Positions 1-13,162 of a stretch of DNA of 64,000 bases are shown here, piece by piece. Origin of the DNA: Octopus vulgaris (taxonomy: Eukaryota). Position 1 is the first letter of the stretch, and each line of letters starts with the position of its first letter. The notes below the pieces were generated by a model. The model worked only from the letters and a program-made list of their open reading frames with translations. It ran no database searches and was not told the origin of the DNA. The stretch is taken from the NCBI GenBank assembly GCA_951406725.2, contig OX597815.1, forward strand, positions 68,882,001-68,946,000, in the 5' to 3' direction. The position numbers and the translations under genes were made by a program.

Positions 1-787
1 CTTAGTTCTTCTTCCTCATTTGCTTACACCTCCCATCTCTCACTCTTTCTCTCTTCCTCTTGGTTTACTCTTCTTCCTTTATTTAATCTTTTCCCCCTTC
101 CTTCCTTGCTTATCTCCATCCTCTTTCTCCATTTCCCATGCTCCTAAGTTAACCTTTCTTTTAATATGATAGATATATTGTCTTTTCCATGTTCTAGAAT
201 AAAAGTTCCCAGCTCTATACCTATTATTCATTCCCTCTTCATACTACAGAAACACGTGCCTCACATACACATGAATTCATTCCCTTACACATACATAAAT
301 TTGCATGCACACACACACTTATACACATAACCCTATGCAATCATGAATATACATCAATACTCTCATATATATATAAAAATGCATGTACACCACACATATA
401 CATACATATAGATGAATTTACATAATTACATGCACACATACATGCAAACAGATGTGTGTACACACATGCATGTACACACACTAACAAATATCTGTCGTCA
501 TCATTGTCATCTTAATCATCATCATTTAATGTCTGTCTTCTATGCTAGCCTGATTCAACAATCCAGAAAACTGGTTCAACCTTTAATGTCTACTCTGGCA
601 TGGTTTTTACAGCTGGATGCCCTTCTTAACAGCAACCACTTTATGGAGCATACTGGGATGTTTTTTCATGGCACAAGTACTAGTGAGGTCGCCAAGTAAC
701 TAACAAACACAAGCTAACAAATATATAAATATATACAGTAATAAAATAAAACGCGAGATCTTGTTCATAAGGTAATTAATTACATGT

Positions 788-856
788 TCTTACATGTAAT
801 TCATTAACATAAAGTGATTATTATGTAATCAACCCTTACTGTCAAATCTTCAGAGA
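788..856 (-). ncRNA. degenerate type I hammerhead ribozyme motif
   Basis: Minus strand reads UCU-CUGAAGA-U-UUGAC...GUUAA-U-GAA(UU)ACAUGUA-AGA. Core and stem II are present, the ACAUGU palindrome precedes a GUA triplet, but GAAA is interrupted by UU. Confidence 0.45.
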
Positions 857-860
857 TTTG

Positions 861-952
861 AATTTCTATACATGATATTGTTGGAATGAAAAAATTACCA
901 TCTCGGAGATGGCTCCACCTTTTCATTCCAACAATACCATATTTAAGAAATT
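861..952. repeat. fold-back inverted repeat
   Basis: Perfect 17 bp arms at 876-892 and 920-936, extended imperfectly; the loop contains the palindrome ccatctc-g-gagatgg. Confidence 0.85.
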
Positions 953-1336
953 ACCTTCCCAGGTTACGTTCCCAATTATGTGTCATTTCCAAATTTCTGT
1001 GAAAACATCTGGCCATGGGGAAATCTTACTTTACTTGGTAATAGGTTAGGGTTGGTGACAAGAAGGACATCTGCTTGTTAAGAATCTGCCTTAGCGAATT
1101 TTGTTCAGCTCATTAAGGTATGGAAAAGTGGATAATAAATTGATGATGATGATGACAACGATGATGATGAAATACAATCATCCTCATAATTTAATATTTG
1201 TTTTCATTGCTGGCATTGATTGGGGAGTTTGATAGAATCTGATGTGCTCAAAGATAGCGTGAAGCTTTAATGTCTTCTGTGGCATGCTTTTTATGGTTGG
1301 TTGCCCTTTTTAATGCCAACCACTTCACAATATGAA

Positions 1337-1590
1337 GGTATCTGGCATAGTGGTTAGGGTGTTGGTCTTACAATCATTATCTGAGTTTGATTCCTGGGCT
1401 GGGTTTGCTTTGTATCCTTGATCAAGTCACTTCATTTCATATCATTCCAGTTCACTCAGCTGAAATGTAACTTCTAGTGGCGTGTTGGGATCAACCCAGC
1501 ATACCATATTGGGCTGGGGAGTGTATAGTCTAAAACCATGAAAATCTGGATTAACTTCAACCAAATAAGCCTGTAGGGTCAAAGAAGACT
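1337..1590 (+). mobile_element. diverged tRNA-head SINE (family 2)
   Basis: A/B-box-like head followed by 'ccagttcactcagctg', shared with copies at 8664, 18469 and 30462. Confidence 0.6.
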
Positions 1591-2129
1591 TTATACACAT
1601 ATACTGTCATAAGCACTTCTCTACATGTAGACAGCCATTCACCTGAACATATACACACACATGCACAAACATTCATACTTATGGAAGGATGTAGGTTCCA
1701 TATTTCAATATGAAAAACTAACGAGCAAAAATATTATTTTTCTTTCAGTATTTCTAACGCAACTAATTCATCATGAATAAGACTAGGGGTGTGTTGAGAG
1801 TAAAAATCACACACACAATGATGTTGATGTGTGCGTGTGTGTATTAACAGAGAGGAGAGGAGAGAAGGAGAAAGAGTGTTGCTGTTAAGAATAAACTATT
1901 CAAAGTTGTTTTTAGAACAGGAAAAAGCATCATTTATTAAGAGAGTTGATGACACACATGTACATATGCACACTCGTACGCACACAGAAATGCAGGCATG
2001 TGCACACATACATAACATGCAGTCATGCACATATACTTATGCACACACACATACATGTATGCACAATCATGTTTACTCATACACAAGCACACACATGCAC
2101 ACACATACACATATGCACACATACACACA

Positions 2130-2430
2130 ATTTGTATATGTGTATATGTGTATATATATGTATATATATGTATGTATATATATGTGTATATATATGTATA
2201 TATATGTATATATATATGTATGTATATATATGTGTATATATATGTCTACATATGTATATGTATATATGTATATATATGTGTATATATATATATATGTATG
2301 CATATGTGTATATATATATGTGTGTATATATATATATATTTGTATATATGTATATATATGCAAATATCTATGTGTATATGTATATATATATATATATATA
2401 CACACACACAAATACATACATATATATATG
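2130..2430. repeat. compound (TA)n/(TG)n microsatellite
   Basis: Seen directly; explains the Y/I/C/V-rich ORFs here. Many similar tracts occur, e.g. 18807-19205, 43995-44190, 45240-45510 and 51640-51790 (ATT)n. Confidence 0.95.
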
Positions 2431-2548
2431 TAGTCACTACACACATTTTTTCCTCTCCTTGTTTCTGTCTGTGTTCCTTTCTGTGGAAGAGCGTAGGCTT
2501 GAAACGTTAAAGACTTTTTCAATTCCCGAGCTTTATACTAATACATCT
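2431..2548 (+). mobile_element. Penelope-like terminal-repeat fragment (family A) with non-canonical minimal HHR motif at 2477-2512
   Basis: CTTT-CTGTGGA-A-GAGC-GTAG-GCTT-GAAA-CG-TT-AAAG, flanked by TA-rich repeats; homologous to 7456-7652 and 20000-20190. Confidence 0.55.
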
Positions 2549-3176
2549 ATATGTGTGTGTGTGTATGTATATGTGTATATATATATATATACACACATAT
2601 ACACTTAACGCAACAATATAATTTCATTCCAGTTTAGTTTTATTTTAAGTTAGTACGTTTTATTGTAACATTTTTATAAAATATAGAGAAAAAAAGTATA
2701 GAACAAATATGCAGAATGTGTACATGAATTATAAATAAATCTTTTTTATCTGTACTTTAAAAAAAATTGTCATTAAGTATATTTCATTCATAAATTTCAA
2801 TAAAGATATAAATAAATTTTTGAAAATGAAAGTAAAGAATTTTCTTTATGTTCTTTTCACTTGTTTTCATTTCTTTTCTTTCTTTAACTTTTCCTTCTTA
2901 TTTTTCATTTTCATCACCCACTTTCATCATTTCTTTGTCTGTCTCTTCCTTTTCCCTTCCTTCCTTCTTCTCTCTCATTCTCAAATCCCACTCCTTCTCC
3001 CTTTATTCTTTTGATTTGCTTTCTTTCTTTTCTAAATACAACTTCATTTGTTTTTAACCCCCTCCTTTCCCTGTATTGCCTCCGATAGGACAGCATTTAG
3101 TAGTTTAGTTGTCAGTTCTTACTGTTAATCCACATGACTGGGGAATAGAGACTAGAGAGCAGGGATTATTCTGACA

Positions 3177-3272
3177 ATGGATCATCTACATCTTCTGTTC
3201 AAGAAGAAAAAATTACCCAAAATGTTTCGGAAAATTGTCCACAACTTTAAACGCAGGAACTCCTATCTCTAT
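3177..3272 (+). CDS. candidate first coding exon (MDHLHLLFKKKKLPKMFRKIVHNFKRRNSYLY), product unknown
   Basis: Unique sequence; pyrimidine tract and AG acceptor at 3087-3088; ATG in ACAATGG context; ends at consensus donor TAT|GTAAGT in phase 0; RRNS is a PKA-type site. Confidence 0.5.
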
Positions 3273-4368
3273 GTAAGTAAGAATGTGCAGCTCTCTCTTG
3301 ACTTTTATTGTTCATCTCTGATTTCTTCTTGCTTCTTCTTCATCAATTTTTACCTTTCATTTTTCTGAAATATATGAAAAATTACCAATCTGAGGGTGGT
3401 ACATTGACAGAACTGCAGAACATCAGTCTGGCAGATACCTTGTGATATTTATTCCAGTTCTTTACATTCTTATATTTAAATTCCACCATGACCTGCTTGT
3501 TGATAGACTTATTCCATCACCCAGTTTAATGCCATTACGTGGTGCCTCTGGTGTCTTCAGTGGAGGCTTCTCTTTTGCAATCATTCATGCCAAATCTCTG
3601 GTTTGATGATACCTTTCTCTCTCCCTCCCATCAGTCTCAGAGGCATTGTAGATGGCCATGAGCTCTATCCTTCCTCCTCACTAAAGAAGAAATAAAAATT
3701 CATCCGGTTATTGTCATTAATGTTATTTTTTGACTTATATCCCTAGGGTTGTGAGCTGACAGAATTGTTAAGATGTTGGTAAAAAAATGCTTTTACATTC
3801 TGACTTCTAATCTTGCTAAGTTGAGCCTTGTCTTTCATACCTCTGGGGTTGATAAAACAAACTACCATGTACTGGAGCTAATGGTATTGATTAACCCCTC
3901 TGCTCAAAATTGCTATCATGTATCTGGATTAAAAATGATTACTGTTAAATAGCCCTTGTTAGCTGTGTGGAAGTAACACTAAAGTACATTTAATTATATA
4001 ATTTGTTTGTATTCTGGAAGCCCAATGCCAATCTGCATATGTTGTAGTTGTATATGCAGAACTCTTAGTGATCCCAGTGCATTGTTGTACCCAGGGGTCC
4101 AGAATTCTGTAAAGACAACCCTGTTGATAGCTTTAGTTTCATAGAATAAGCTTTCTGACAGTGTCAATAGTTGTCTGGTTCAGTAGAATACCAAACATTA
4201 ACTAAAGAACTCAGCACTTTGTATGCTGTTGTCAGCACTGTGGTGTTTCATGGCCAAGATATTTAACTGTCTAGTAGTCATCACACCTGTGGCAGCACTG
4301 TAAAATTGACTTGTGCTTCATTAGTTTGCAGTGCTGATTCCTACTCCTCATTTATGTATATAGCTTAA

Positions 4369-4579
4369 CTCTTTAACATTCAGATTATTCTGTCAAATGT
4401 AATACTTATTCATAAAAGTTGAGTTAATCATGTATTATCTTGTAGCTTTTAGATTTTGATGAACTGAATGTTTATTTTTAGAATGATTTTGTAAGGTAGG
4501 TGGGAGAGGCCAGATCCAGCCACTTTGATCATAAAACAGAATATTTCAGTCTGATATGGCTGGTTTAAATGCTAAAGAG
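4369..4579 (+). mobile_element. piggyBac-like MITE (family P2)
   Basis: TTAA|ctctttaacatt ... aatgctaaagag|TTAA terminal inverted repeats; homologues at 13139/15657, 39561 and 62519. Confidence 0.75.
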
Positions 4580-5667
4580 TTAAACAAGGGTCCACTCTAC
4601 CAAGCTGATTTCCCCCATTGTACTTACTATACACAAATGGGGTTACTATGAATTTAGGAATTACCAAAATAATCATTCTACTATATTTTTTAAATTTTTA
4701 CTAACTGTTTTTTTTTTTGGTGGTGGTGATGAGGGATTGGAGGTTTTGAGATGCGGGATACTTGTTTTATCAAGTATTTTCTTAAAAAGTCAGCTACTTT
4801 TTTTTACAGAGAAAGGATTGTAGATCACATTTTAAATTATAACAATTAAATAGAAAGAAACAAACAAAAAAGGAAGATAAAAATGAAAAGAAAGAAAAAA
4901 GGGGCAATAAGGCCCCTTTATTGGTGGAGGTGGAAGGAGTGATGTGCTATACACTCTGGAACAAATAGTATACTCAGTTGCATGCCACAGTTATGACTGT
5001 GGTGGTGTTGCTGCAGAGAATGGCCAGTGATACTCATTGCAGCAACCACTCCACCTCATAGGACTCATTTCTTAGATGGGCCACTGTTATCCTGATTTTG
5101 TGGAGGAAATTGGTAGTGTAAGGTCTGAAAATACCTGACGTCTTGATAGCGACTGGCACAAACTGATATCAGCCGGTCAGCCCTTGTATGTATTAATTTT
5201 TCTCTCTTCCACATTATGGGCTGTGACACCTAGGTGAAGAGAGTCAACACATTAGAGGACTTGATTGGTTGTATTAGTTTATCCCATCCACACTGTCATT
5301 TATGACTTTTTCTTCACTTACTTACCTCAAACCTACACACTGGTTTTCCTACCTCCATCCCCCTATTTATTTATCTCCCTATTTGACCGGTTGATTCATT
5401 GTGTCTCTGCCTATGCATCTAACTGGGTGTTGCTCTTGTGTGTCTATATTCTAATTTTGTATTTACTTTTCATCACTCTCCTTTGATGAAATAATACCAG
5501 TAGTATATTGAAGTGAGCCAATAATCAAATTCTCAACGTTTTTTTTTTCTTTCTTTCTCCCTATTTTCCTCTTTTTTCTTTATTTTTGTCTTTCTTCACT
5601 CATGTTTGTGTTTTCTTTGGTTTTAGATTGGTATTCAAATGTAGTTTTTTTTATTATATATGTATCA

Positions 5668-6058
5668 TGTGGTAAGTAGCTTGCTAACCAACCACATGGT
5701 TCCGGGTTCAGTCCCACTGCGTGGCACCTTGGGCAAGTGTCTTCTACTATAGCCTCGGGCCGACCAAAGCCTTGTGAGTGGATTTGGTAGACGGAAACTG
5801 AAAGAAGCCTGTCGTATATATGTATATATATATGTATTATGTGTGTATGTGTTTGTGAGTCTGTGTTTGTCTCCCTAGCATTGCTTGACAACCGATGCTG
5901 GTGTGTCTACGTCCCCGTCACTTAGCGGTTCGGCAAAAGAGAGACCGATAGAATAAGTGCTAGGCTTACAAAGAATAAGTCCTGGGGTCGATTTGCCCGA
6001 CTAAAGGCGGTGCTCCAGCATGACCGCAGTCAAATGACTGAAACAAGTAAAAGAGAGT
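5668..6058 (+). mobile_element. tRNA-derived CORE-type SINE (family 1)
   Basis: B-box GGGTTCAGTCCC, CORE-like ggcaccttgggcaagtgtctt, tail gactgaaacaagtaaaagag; near-identical to the 11813 copy. Confidence 0.85.
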
Positions 6059-6087
6059 ATATACATGCATACATACATATATATGTA

Positions 6088-6131
<44 letters not shown>

Positions 6132-6141
6132 TAATAAGTGT

Positions 6142-6540
6142 GGGCATTGCTGTGTGGTAAGAAGCTTGCTTCCTGACCATATGGTTTTGCGTTCAGTCCT
6201 ACTGTGTGGCACCTTGGGCAAGTGTTTTCTACTATACCCTCTGGCTGACCAAAGCCTTGTGAGTGGATTTGTTTGTTGGAAACTGAAAGAAAGAAGCCTG
6301 CCATATATATAAATTTATATGTGTGTGTGAGTCTTTGTCTTTGTCTCCCCACCACTGCTTGACAACTGCTGTTTACACACCTGTAACTTAGCTGTTCAGT
6401 AAAAAAAAAATGCCAATTGAAATGCTAAGCTTAAAAAAAAAGTCTTGGGGTTGAATTGTTTGACTAAAACCCTTGAAGGTGGTGCCCCAGTATGGCCATA
6501 GTTAAATGACTGAAACAAGTAAAAGATCAAAGATAAAAGA
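6142..6540 (+). mobile_element. SINE family 1, diverged
   Basis: Colinear similarity to 5668-6058. Confidence 0.8.
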
Positions 6541-7425
6541 GATACGTTATATATGTAATTATTAAATTATCTAAATTTTCAATAAATAAATGATCTTATA
6601 TACATATTAATGTAGGTCTACTTCTCCAGAGTGTTTAACTCTAAGCTAATGAATAATAAAAAACATAATAGTTATTATACTGGGGCAGGAAATGGAATTT
6701 TACCTGATATACCACCCTCTCAAATATTGCTGTTGCCATACCAATAGCACCTTAATTTCTTTAAACCACTTTAAAAACACTTCCACCCATTCTGTAAATA
6801 CCATAAAATTTCCATAAAAATACAGTTAAAATCTCATGTATTACTGCACCCTACTTTTTCAACTTGACTTTCCTTCTTTAATTTGTTTAAACTAAATAAG
6901 TCTGTCACTAATTCAACTACTAGTAACTACAACTATATGAACTAACTTAACTGTTCATTGGTAGCTTCTAGCTGTTTAGCTAAGCATATAATTTACTAAT
7001 GCAGCATACTGGCAACTAACATATCTAACATAGATGTAGGGCATATTTGAAATCCCTTTAAAGTTTGCTATAATCAGCACACATATGCATTCAGAAACAT
7101 CTGTTCCTAGATAATTTTAAAAAAATAATACTACTGCCTTTATAAGAAACTAATGTAATGTCTTATCACACCTTTCAGAATTCAAATGCAAATGTTTTAG
7201 TGTAAACTTTTAAATATAATGCTTTTATACACACACACACACATTTCTCTAGGTCAGTATACAGAACCTCTGTGTGCATGTGAGATGTGTCTATATGTGT
7301 ACGGAATTTTGTCAGTGAGCAAAGCGACGAAAATATTTTGGCAAATTAAATTTAAATGTTGAAGTGAATCTAATGGTTTTAGTGTGTTTATTTTTAAATG
7401 GCTTACAAACACCTTCCACACTGCA

Positions 7426-7455
<30 letters not shown>

Positions 7456-7456
<1 letters not shown>

Positions 7457-7652
7457 GGTTGAATTTTACAGAAAAACAAAGGACGAAGACAGGTGTATAA
7501 ATGACAAACAGTGTATTAGTTTAACGCTCGGGAAGGTGAGAAAATCTTTTACGTTTCAAGCCTATGCTCTTCAACAGAAAGGAACACGAGGAAATAAACA
7601 GAGAGAGAATAAAAAAACTTTTGAGGCTAGCGGTCAATCAGAGCGGCTGTAG
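7456..7652 (-). mobile_element. Penelope-like terminal-repeat fragment (family A) with HHR-like motif at 7546-7581
   Basis: Minus strand CTTT-CTGTTGA-A-GAGC-ATAG-GCTT-GAAA-CG-TA-AAAG, lying between (TA)n tracts. Confidence 0.6.
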
Positions 7653-7654
7653 TG

Positions 7655-7697
<43 letters not shown>

Positions 7698-8089
7698 TAC
7701 ACCACACCTATATGGTTGAAGTGTATATATCTGTATATATATCTGTTCCACAACTTTCAAATTAGCTTTCAGTCGCCTTTAAAATTTCTTCCATAATTAA
7801 CAAAACTTTATATTCAACTCATTGTATAGAGTACCGTGCATGAACTCTTGACACTTGAGCCACTTTTGTAACTTACTGCTAAGCAAAAATAATCAAAGGT
7901 AAATTATTTTATGTATATTTTCAATATCATTTTGAAAATATTTTAACTATTTAAGTCTCAAATCCTTCTTCTTCACAAAAACTTTATTAAATGCCTGAAG
8001 AAAAATCACTATCTTGAATAAAAACCAAACACAGTTTACTTTCTAGAAAGATATATTTCTGATGCCTCCTACATTTAAAAATTATGTAC

Positions 8090-8443
8090 AGGGATAGCTG
8101 AGTGGTTAAGAGGCTCATTTTTCAATTAGGAGGTTTTGGGTTCAGTCTCACTGTGTGGCACCTTGGGTGAATGTCTTCTATAGCCCTGGGCTGACCAGTG
8201 TCATGTGTGTGAATTTGGTAGATGGAAATTGTGAGGAAGACTATATGTGTGTGTGTGTTTGTTTGTGTTGTGCTTGTCCCCCACTATTGCATGACAACTA
8301 GTGTTAGTTTGTTTACATCCCCATAACTTAGTGACTCAGCAAAAGAGATCGATAGAATAAGTACAACTTAAAACTAAGTACTTGGGCCAATTTGACTAAA
8401 TCCTTTATGGCAATGATTGAAGTAAATGATAAAAAAGATAAAA
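8090..8443 (+). mobile_element. SINE family 1, old copy
   Basis: Head, CORE and tail similarity. Confidence 0.7.
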
Positions 8444-8663
8444 GGAGACTCATTTCATTGTTAATTGCATTTTTCTTTTAAATAATCAACTTCTCTAATT
8501 AATTTTTCTTTTTTTTTTACCTTTTTCCTTGTTCTTTACAAACATTTTGCATAAAAATAATATACAATTTTTATTTAATAATTGGTGAATTGTCAAATAA
8601 GAGAAACAGTTTATTGCCTTTGACATGAGCAGGGAGATTCCAGTGGGATGGTATTCAGAGGAG

Positions 8664-8908
8664 AGGAGGCGTGTAGGCTTAGTGGTTAGAGTGTTGGGCT
8701 CATAACTGTAAGATTGTGGTTCTGATTCCTGGATTGGGTGATGTGTGTTCTTGAGCAAAACACTTTATTTCATGTTGCTCCAGTCCACCCATCTGGCAAA
8801 AATGAGTAATCCTGTGAGGGACCAGAGTCACATCTGGGTGGGGAATATATATGCCAAGGAAACCGGGAAACCAGCCCTTATAAGTTGGCAAGACTCAAGA
8901 AGGTAACC
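8664..8908 (+). mobile_element. tRNA-head SINE (family 2)
   Basis: ggaggcgtgtaggcttagtggttagagtg head and ttgagcaaaacacttt CORE-like segment. Confidence 0.7.
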
Positions 8909-10362
8909 ATACTTTTATTCAGAGGAGAAAGGAAAAGATAGAGTGGTTAATATGGAGCTGGAAGGGAAGGTGATGAAAGATGAGTTTGTCAGAGGTTTCT
9001 GAGTGGTGAAGGTACAAGACAGCCAGTCAATTGATCTGATCCTTTATTGAGAAACAAAGACCATTATAGTAGCAATAGAAAAGATGGAGGGGAGACAACA
9101 TTCCTACGGGCCATGTGTGTGCATAGTAGCAACACTGTTTTAGATGCAGAAGCAGTACTTTATTGTGGGCCTCATTTGAGCCTTGTAAAATGTCAGTAGC
9201 TTTTGGGAGCTGATATATTTTTTAGCTGTGAAGAGAAGGATCAGCCATCAAGAGGAGGGCCCTGGTATGGCGCATGTTCTCTCCTAATGAAACCTATTGA
9301 CATTTGGCATGCAAAGCTTTCGAATGACATCACTTGCACAAGCAAGCTGTTTGCAAGTCACTGGTACACCCATGCATTATATGGGGTATGTATAATTGCA
9401 AAGCTGTTACCAGAACTCTCATACATGCACTCACCCAACCCATAAACATAAACAACTTGTTTATGAATAACATCCCTCCTCTCATCCCATCTCCACCACC
9501 ATGTTTTGATACTCTCTTTTGAAAAAAAAATTATTAATCAACTTGACTTATATAATTTTGTTGTCCTGCCTTGTTACATGCTTCACTTTATTACACCCAC
9601 TTAATACAGATTCAAGTTTTGTTTGTTTGCCAATGAAAACAGGTTGAAGCAAGATTTAGAATTTTTCTTTACCTTATTTTTCTTTGTTTTTTCTTGTATG
9701 TTTTTATGTTGTTGATTGACCTGCTATAAATAGCAGTGAAAAGTCTCCCTCAAACCAAACTATGCTGACTTTAAGAAAAATAGTCATTCAACGATATCAT
9801 AGATACACTGGTTGACTAAAATTTGGGATTGCCATGCTGGAACACTTTCAGTCATGGGCTCCCTTATCAGCTTGAGGCTAAGCAACAACTATAGAAGTTT
9901 CAACCATCATTGTCATGATCATTTAACATCCATCTTCTATGCTAGCATAGTTTAGATGGTTTGGCTGGATCCCACAGACTGAGGACTGCATTGTGCTCCA
10001 ATGTCTGCTTGACATGATTTCTATACAGAGTGTACTGGGTGCCCTTTATTTATTTATTTATTCATTGGTGACACAAATACTAGTGACACCACTATGCAGC
10101 TCAGAAGAGGGAGAACAGGAAAAATGGCAATAAGAGGGATGATTCTCAAAGCATTATGAAGCCCTTTTTTTGTTTGAGAATTCATATAATTTGTTGAGAG
10201 TCTACCCTGATACTACCTTATTATTACTATTTTCTCTCTCTTTCTAGCTTTATGTTGGTTACTTCCACCCTCTCTTTTGTAATGTGAGTAACCATGTAGC
10301 TCCTCTATAGCAAGAGACCTGTTATGTTCTGGGCCCTTCTTTCATACCTTAACCTCTCATAT

Positions 10363-10500
10363 CTTTTGAATGACATCACTTGCACAAGCAAGCTATTTGC
10401 ACGTTACTGGTACACCCATGCATTATATGGGGTATGTATAATTGCAAAGCTGTTACCAGAACATGCATGTTTTTATGTTGTTGATTGGCCCGCTATAAAT
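10363..10500 (+). repeat. locally templated composite insertion
   Basis: 10363-10462 copies 9317-9416 and 10467-10500 copies 9698-9731, with few mismatches. Confidence 0.9.
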
Positions 10501-11812
10501 CCCACTCAGTCAAAGGGGTTCTTAGTCTTGCACTCTGTATAGTGACCTCACTAGTGTTGGTGCCATGAAGAAAAAATGCATCAAGTACATGCTGCAAAGT
10601 GGCTGGTATCAGGAAGGGTATCTGAAATTATGCCAAAGCATGGTGGCTGGTATTAGGAAGGGCATCTGAAACCATGCCAAAGCAATGGTGATACAATCCT
10701 TGGACTTGGTAGATCTTGTCAGACTATCTAACTCAGCCAGCATGGAACATGGACACTAAATGATGATGATGATAATGAAAATAATGATGGTTGAAATTCT
10801 TGTAGTTTAGCCTCAAGTCAGACCTGATAAAAGCCTCCCATGATTAAAAGTGCTCCAGTATAGGCTAATCCCATAATTTATCCAGACAATATTATTAGGA
10901 CAATATCTTTGAATATCCCCTTTCTTTCTTAAAGATGGGATGATGTAGTTTGAGAAAAATTTCACTGCCATTTATAGCCAGTCAATCAACTCATAAAGAG
11001 TTCCTTACAGGATTGAGGTTAATATGGTGGTTGTGATTGTTTTGTCCTGGATCCTAACTGAGCTGACCTATGATCAAAGACATTCCTGCTGCTACATTAA
11101 ACCCTCAGAAATAATTTGTCAGGAATTATAATTATGATAATACAAAGGTTCCAAGGGAGAATTCCCTTTGCGTGTATCTTTCTGACAATCCTCTGTTTTC
11201 CTTAATTTGATGTTGTGTTAATGGACTGAAGGATGCTTATTCTGCAACTGATAAATCTCCCGTAAGCAACAGTATTCAAATACTGAATACCAATTAATAA
11301 ACTGTGAGAAGCTTACTTCCCAAACATGTAATTTTTGGTTCAATCCCACATGTGGGTAAAGTGTTTTTTATTAGAACCTAGAGCTGACTGCTAACCAAAC
11401 CTTGTGAAGGGATTTGGTTGATGGAAATGGAAAAGAAGACCATCATAGGATCCAGTGAGCCAGAGGGCTACATTGAGCTTCAACATCTGCTTTGGCCAGA
11501 TTTCTATGACTGGATGCCTTTCCTAATGCCAACCACTTTACAAAAAGCACCAAGTACACTCTGTAATGTCATACATGTATGTATACGGCAGGCTTCTTTC
11601 AATTTCCATCTACTAAATCCACTCATAAGGCTTTGGCTGGTCAGATGCTATAGTAGTTGATGCTTACCCAAGGTGCCACACGGCAGGACTGAACCCAGAA
11701 CCATGTGATTGGGAAGCAAATTTACCACACAGCCATGTCTGCTCCTATACAGTTATTATTTTTTCTAAACTTTAAAAGTCTGTCAGTAATTTTTGCTTTC
11801 ATCTCCAATATA

Positions 11813-12235
11813 GGCATAGCAGTGGCTGTGTGGTAAGTAGCTTGCTCACCAACCACATGGTTCTGGGTTCAGTCCCACTGCATGGCACCTTGGGCAAGTG
11901 TCTTCTACTATAGCCTCGGGCCAACCAAAGCCTTGTGAGTGGATTTGGTAGACGGAAACTGAAAGAAGCCCATCGTATATATGTATATACATATATATAT
12001 ATATATATGTATGTGTGTATATATGTTTGTGTGTCTGTGTTTGTCCCCCTAACATCGCTTGACAACCGATGCTGGTGTATTTAGGTCCCCGTAACTTAGC
12101 GGTTCGGCAAAGTGGCTGATAGAATAAGTGCTAGGCTTACAGAGAATAAGTCCTGGGGTCGATTTGCTTGACTAAAGGCAGTGCTCCAGCATGGCCACAG
12201 CCAAATGACTGAAACAAGTAAAAGAGTAAAGAGTA
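11813..12235 (+). mobile_element. SINE family 1, near full length
   Basis: A-box TGGCTGTGTGG, B-box GGGTTCAGTCCC, internal (TA)n, tail (aagagta)n. An inverted head fragment lies at about 11586-11748. Confidence 0.9.
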
Positions 12236-13162
12236 ATAAGCCACAAAATCAAAAAGGATTGAAAATCAGTCCTACAGTTAGTCACCAATTGTGACTGTTG
12301 GTTACCTTTCAAATAGCCATCTGTCTCACTGTTGATGAATAGTAAAAAGTTACAAACTAGTGACTTTTTGCAAACTTTGTGCAGACCTTGAAACTGTTTG
12401 AACTTGAATAGATTTCCTTTCTGTTATTTTCAACACAATCTCTTCATTATGCTTTGTTTACAAAATGATACATTAAACCTGATCTTGCATTAAATTTGAT
12501 AAAACCATGACAATATACCAATTCAGAACAAGAAAAGCTTTCTAGAGATTAGAAAACAGCTATTTCGAGGAGGCTTCTGTAATTGATAGAAATTAGATAT
12601 GAATGTTTGTTTATGGGTCTCTTATATAAATTTAAGAGATATCAACCATGTGAAAAGATAGCATGAGATAGTGATGGTGGTGTTGATAATCATAGTGATG
12701 ATGGGGGAGGTGGTAATGATGGCCATAAATGTGGTGGTGGTGATAATTGTGGTGATGACGAAGCTGTTAATGGTAGTTGCAGTGGTGGAGATAATGATGA
12801 TGTCAATCACATTATAACTAACAGCCCCAACAACAATGCTATCCATCTTTATTGAGAAAAATGATTTAAAGCTATTTACTAATATTTTTCAACAACAGGA
12901 AATCTTGAATAATTATGAGCAGAAATAAAGTTTTGTTTTATTTCTCAGACTCTTATTGTTGATGTCAAGACAAAATATTATCAGCTTTCAAGGGACATAT
13001 TATATTGGATGTTATATAAATAAGACACTCTTATTTTCCAAAAAATGTCCTTTAAAAAAAATCACTCTTTGTATGCTAATTTTTGTCCCCTATGCTTACT
13101 TTTCCCTCTATATGTACTCCTCAAACTGGGGTGTTTAACCCTTTAGCATTTAAACTGGCTAT

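Noticed and set aside
1831-2608. Long ORFs rich in Y/I/C/V/H/T, and similar ORFs throughout the window
   Set aside because: Translations of stop-free dinucleotide microsatellites.
3177-3272. Naming the host gene PDE4/dunce
   Set aside because: Only a loose 7-residue resemblance; no downstream UCR or catalytic exons found in the window.
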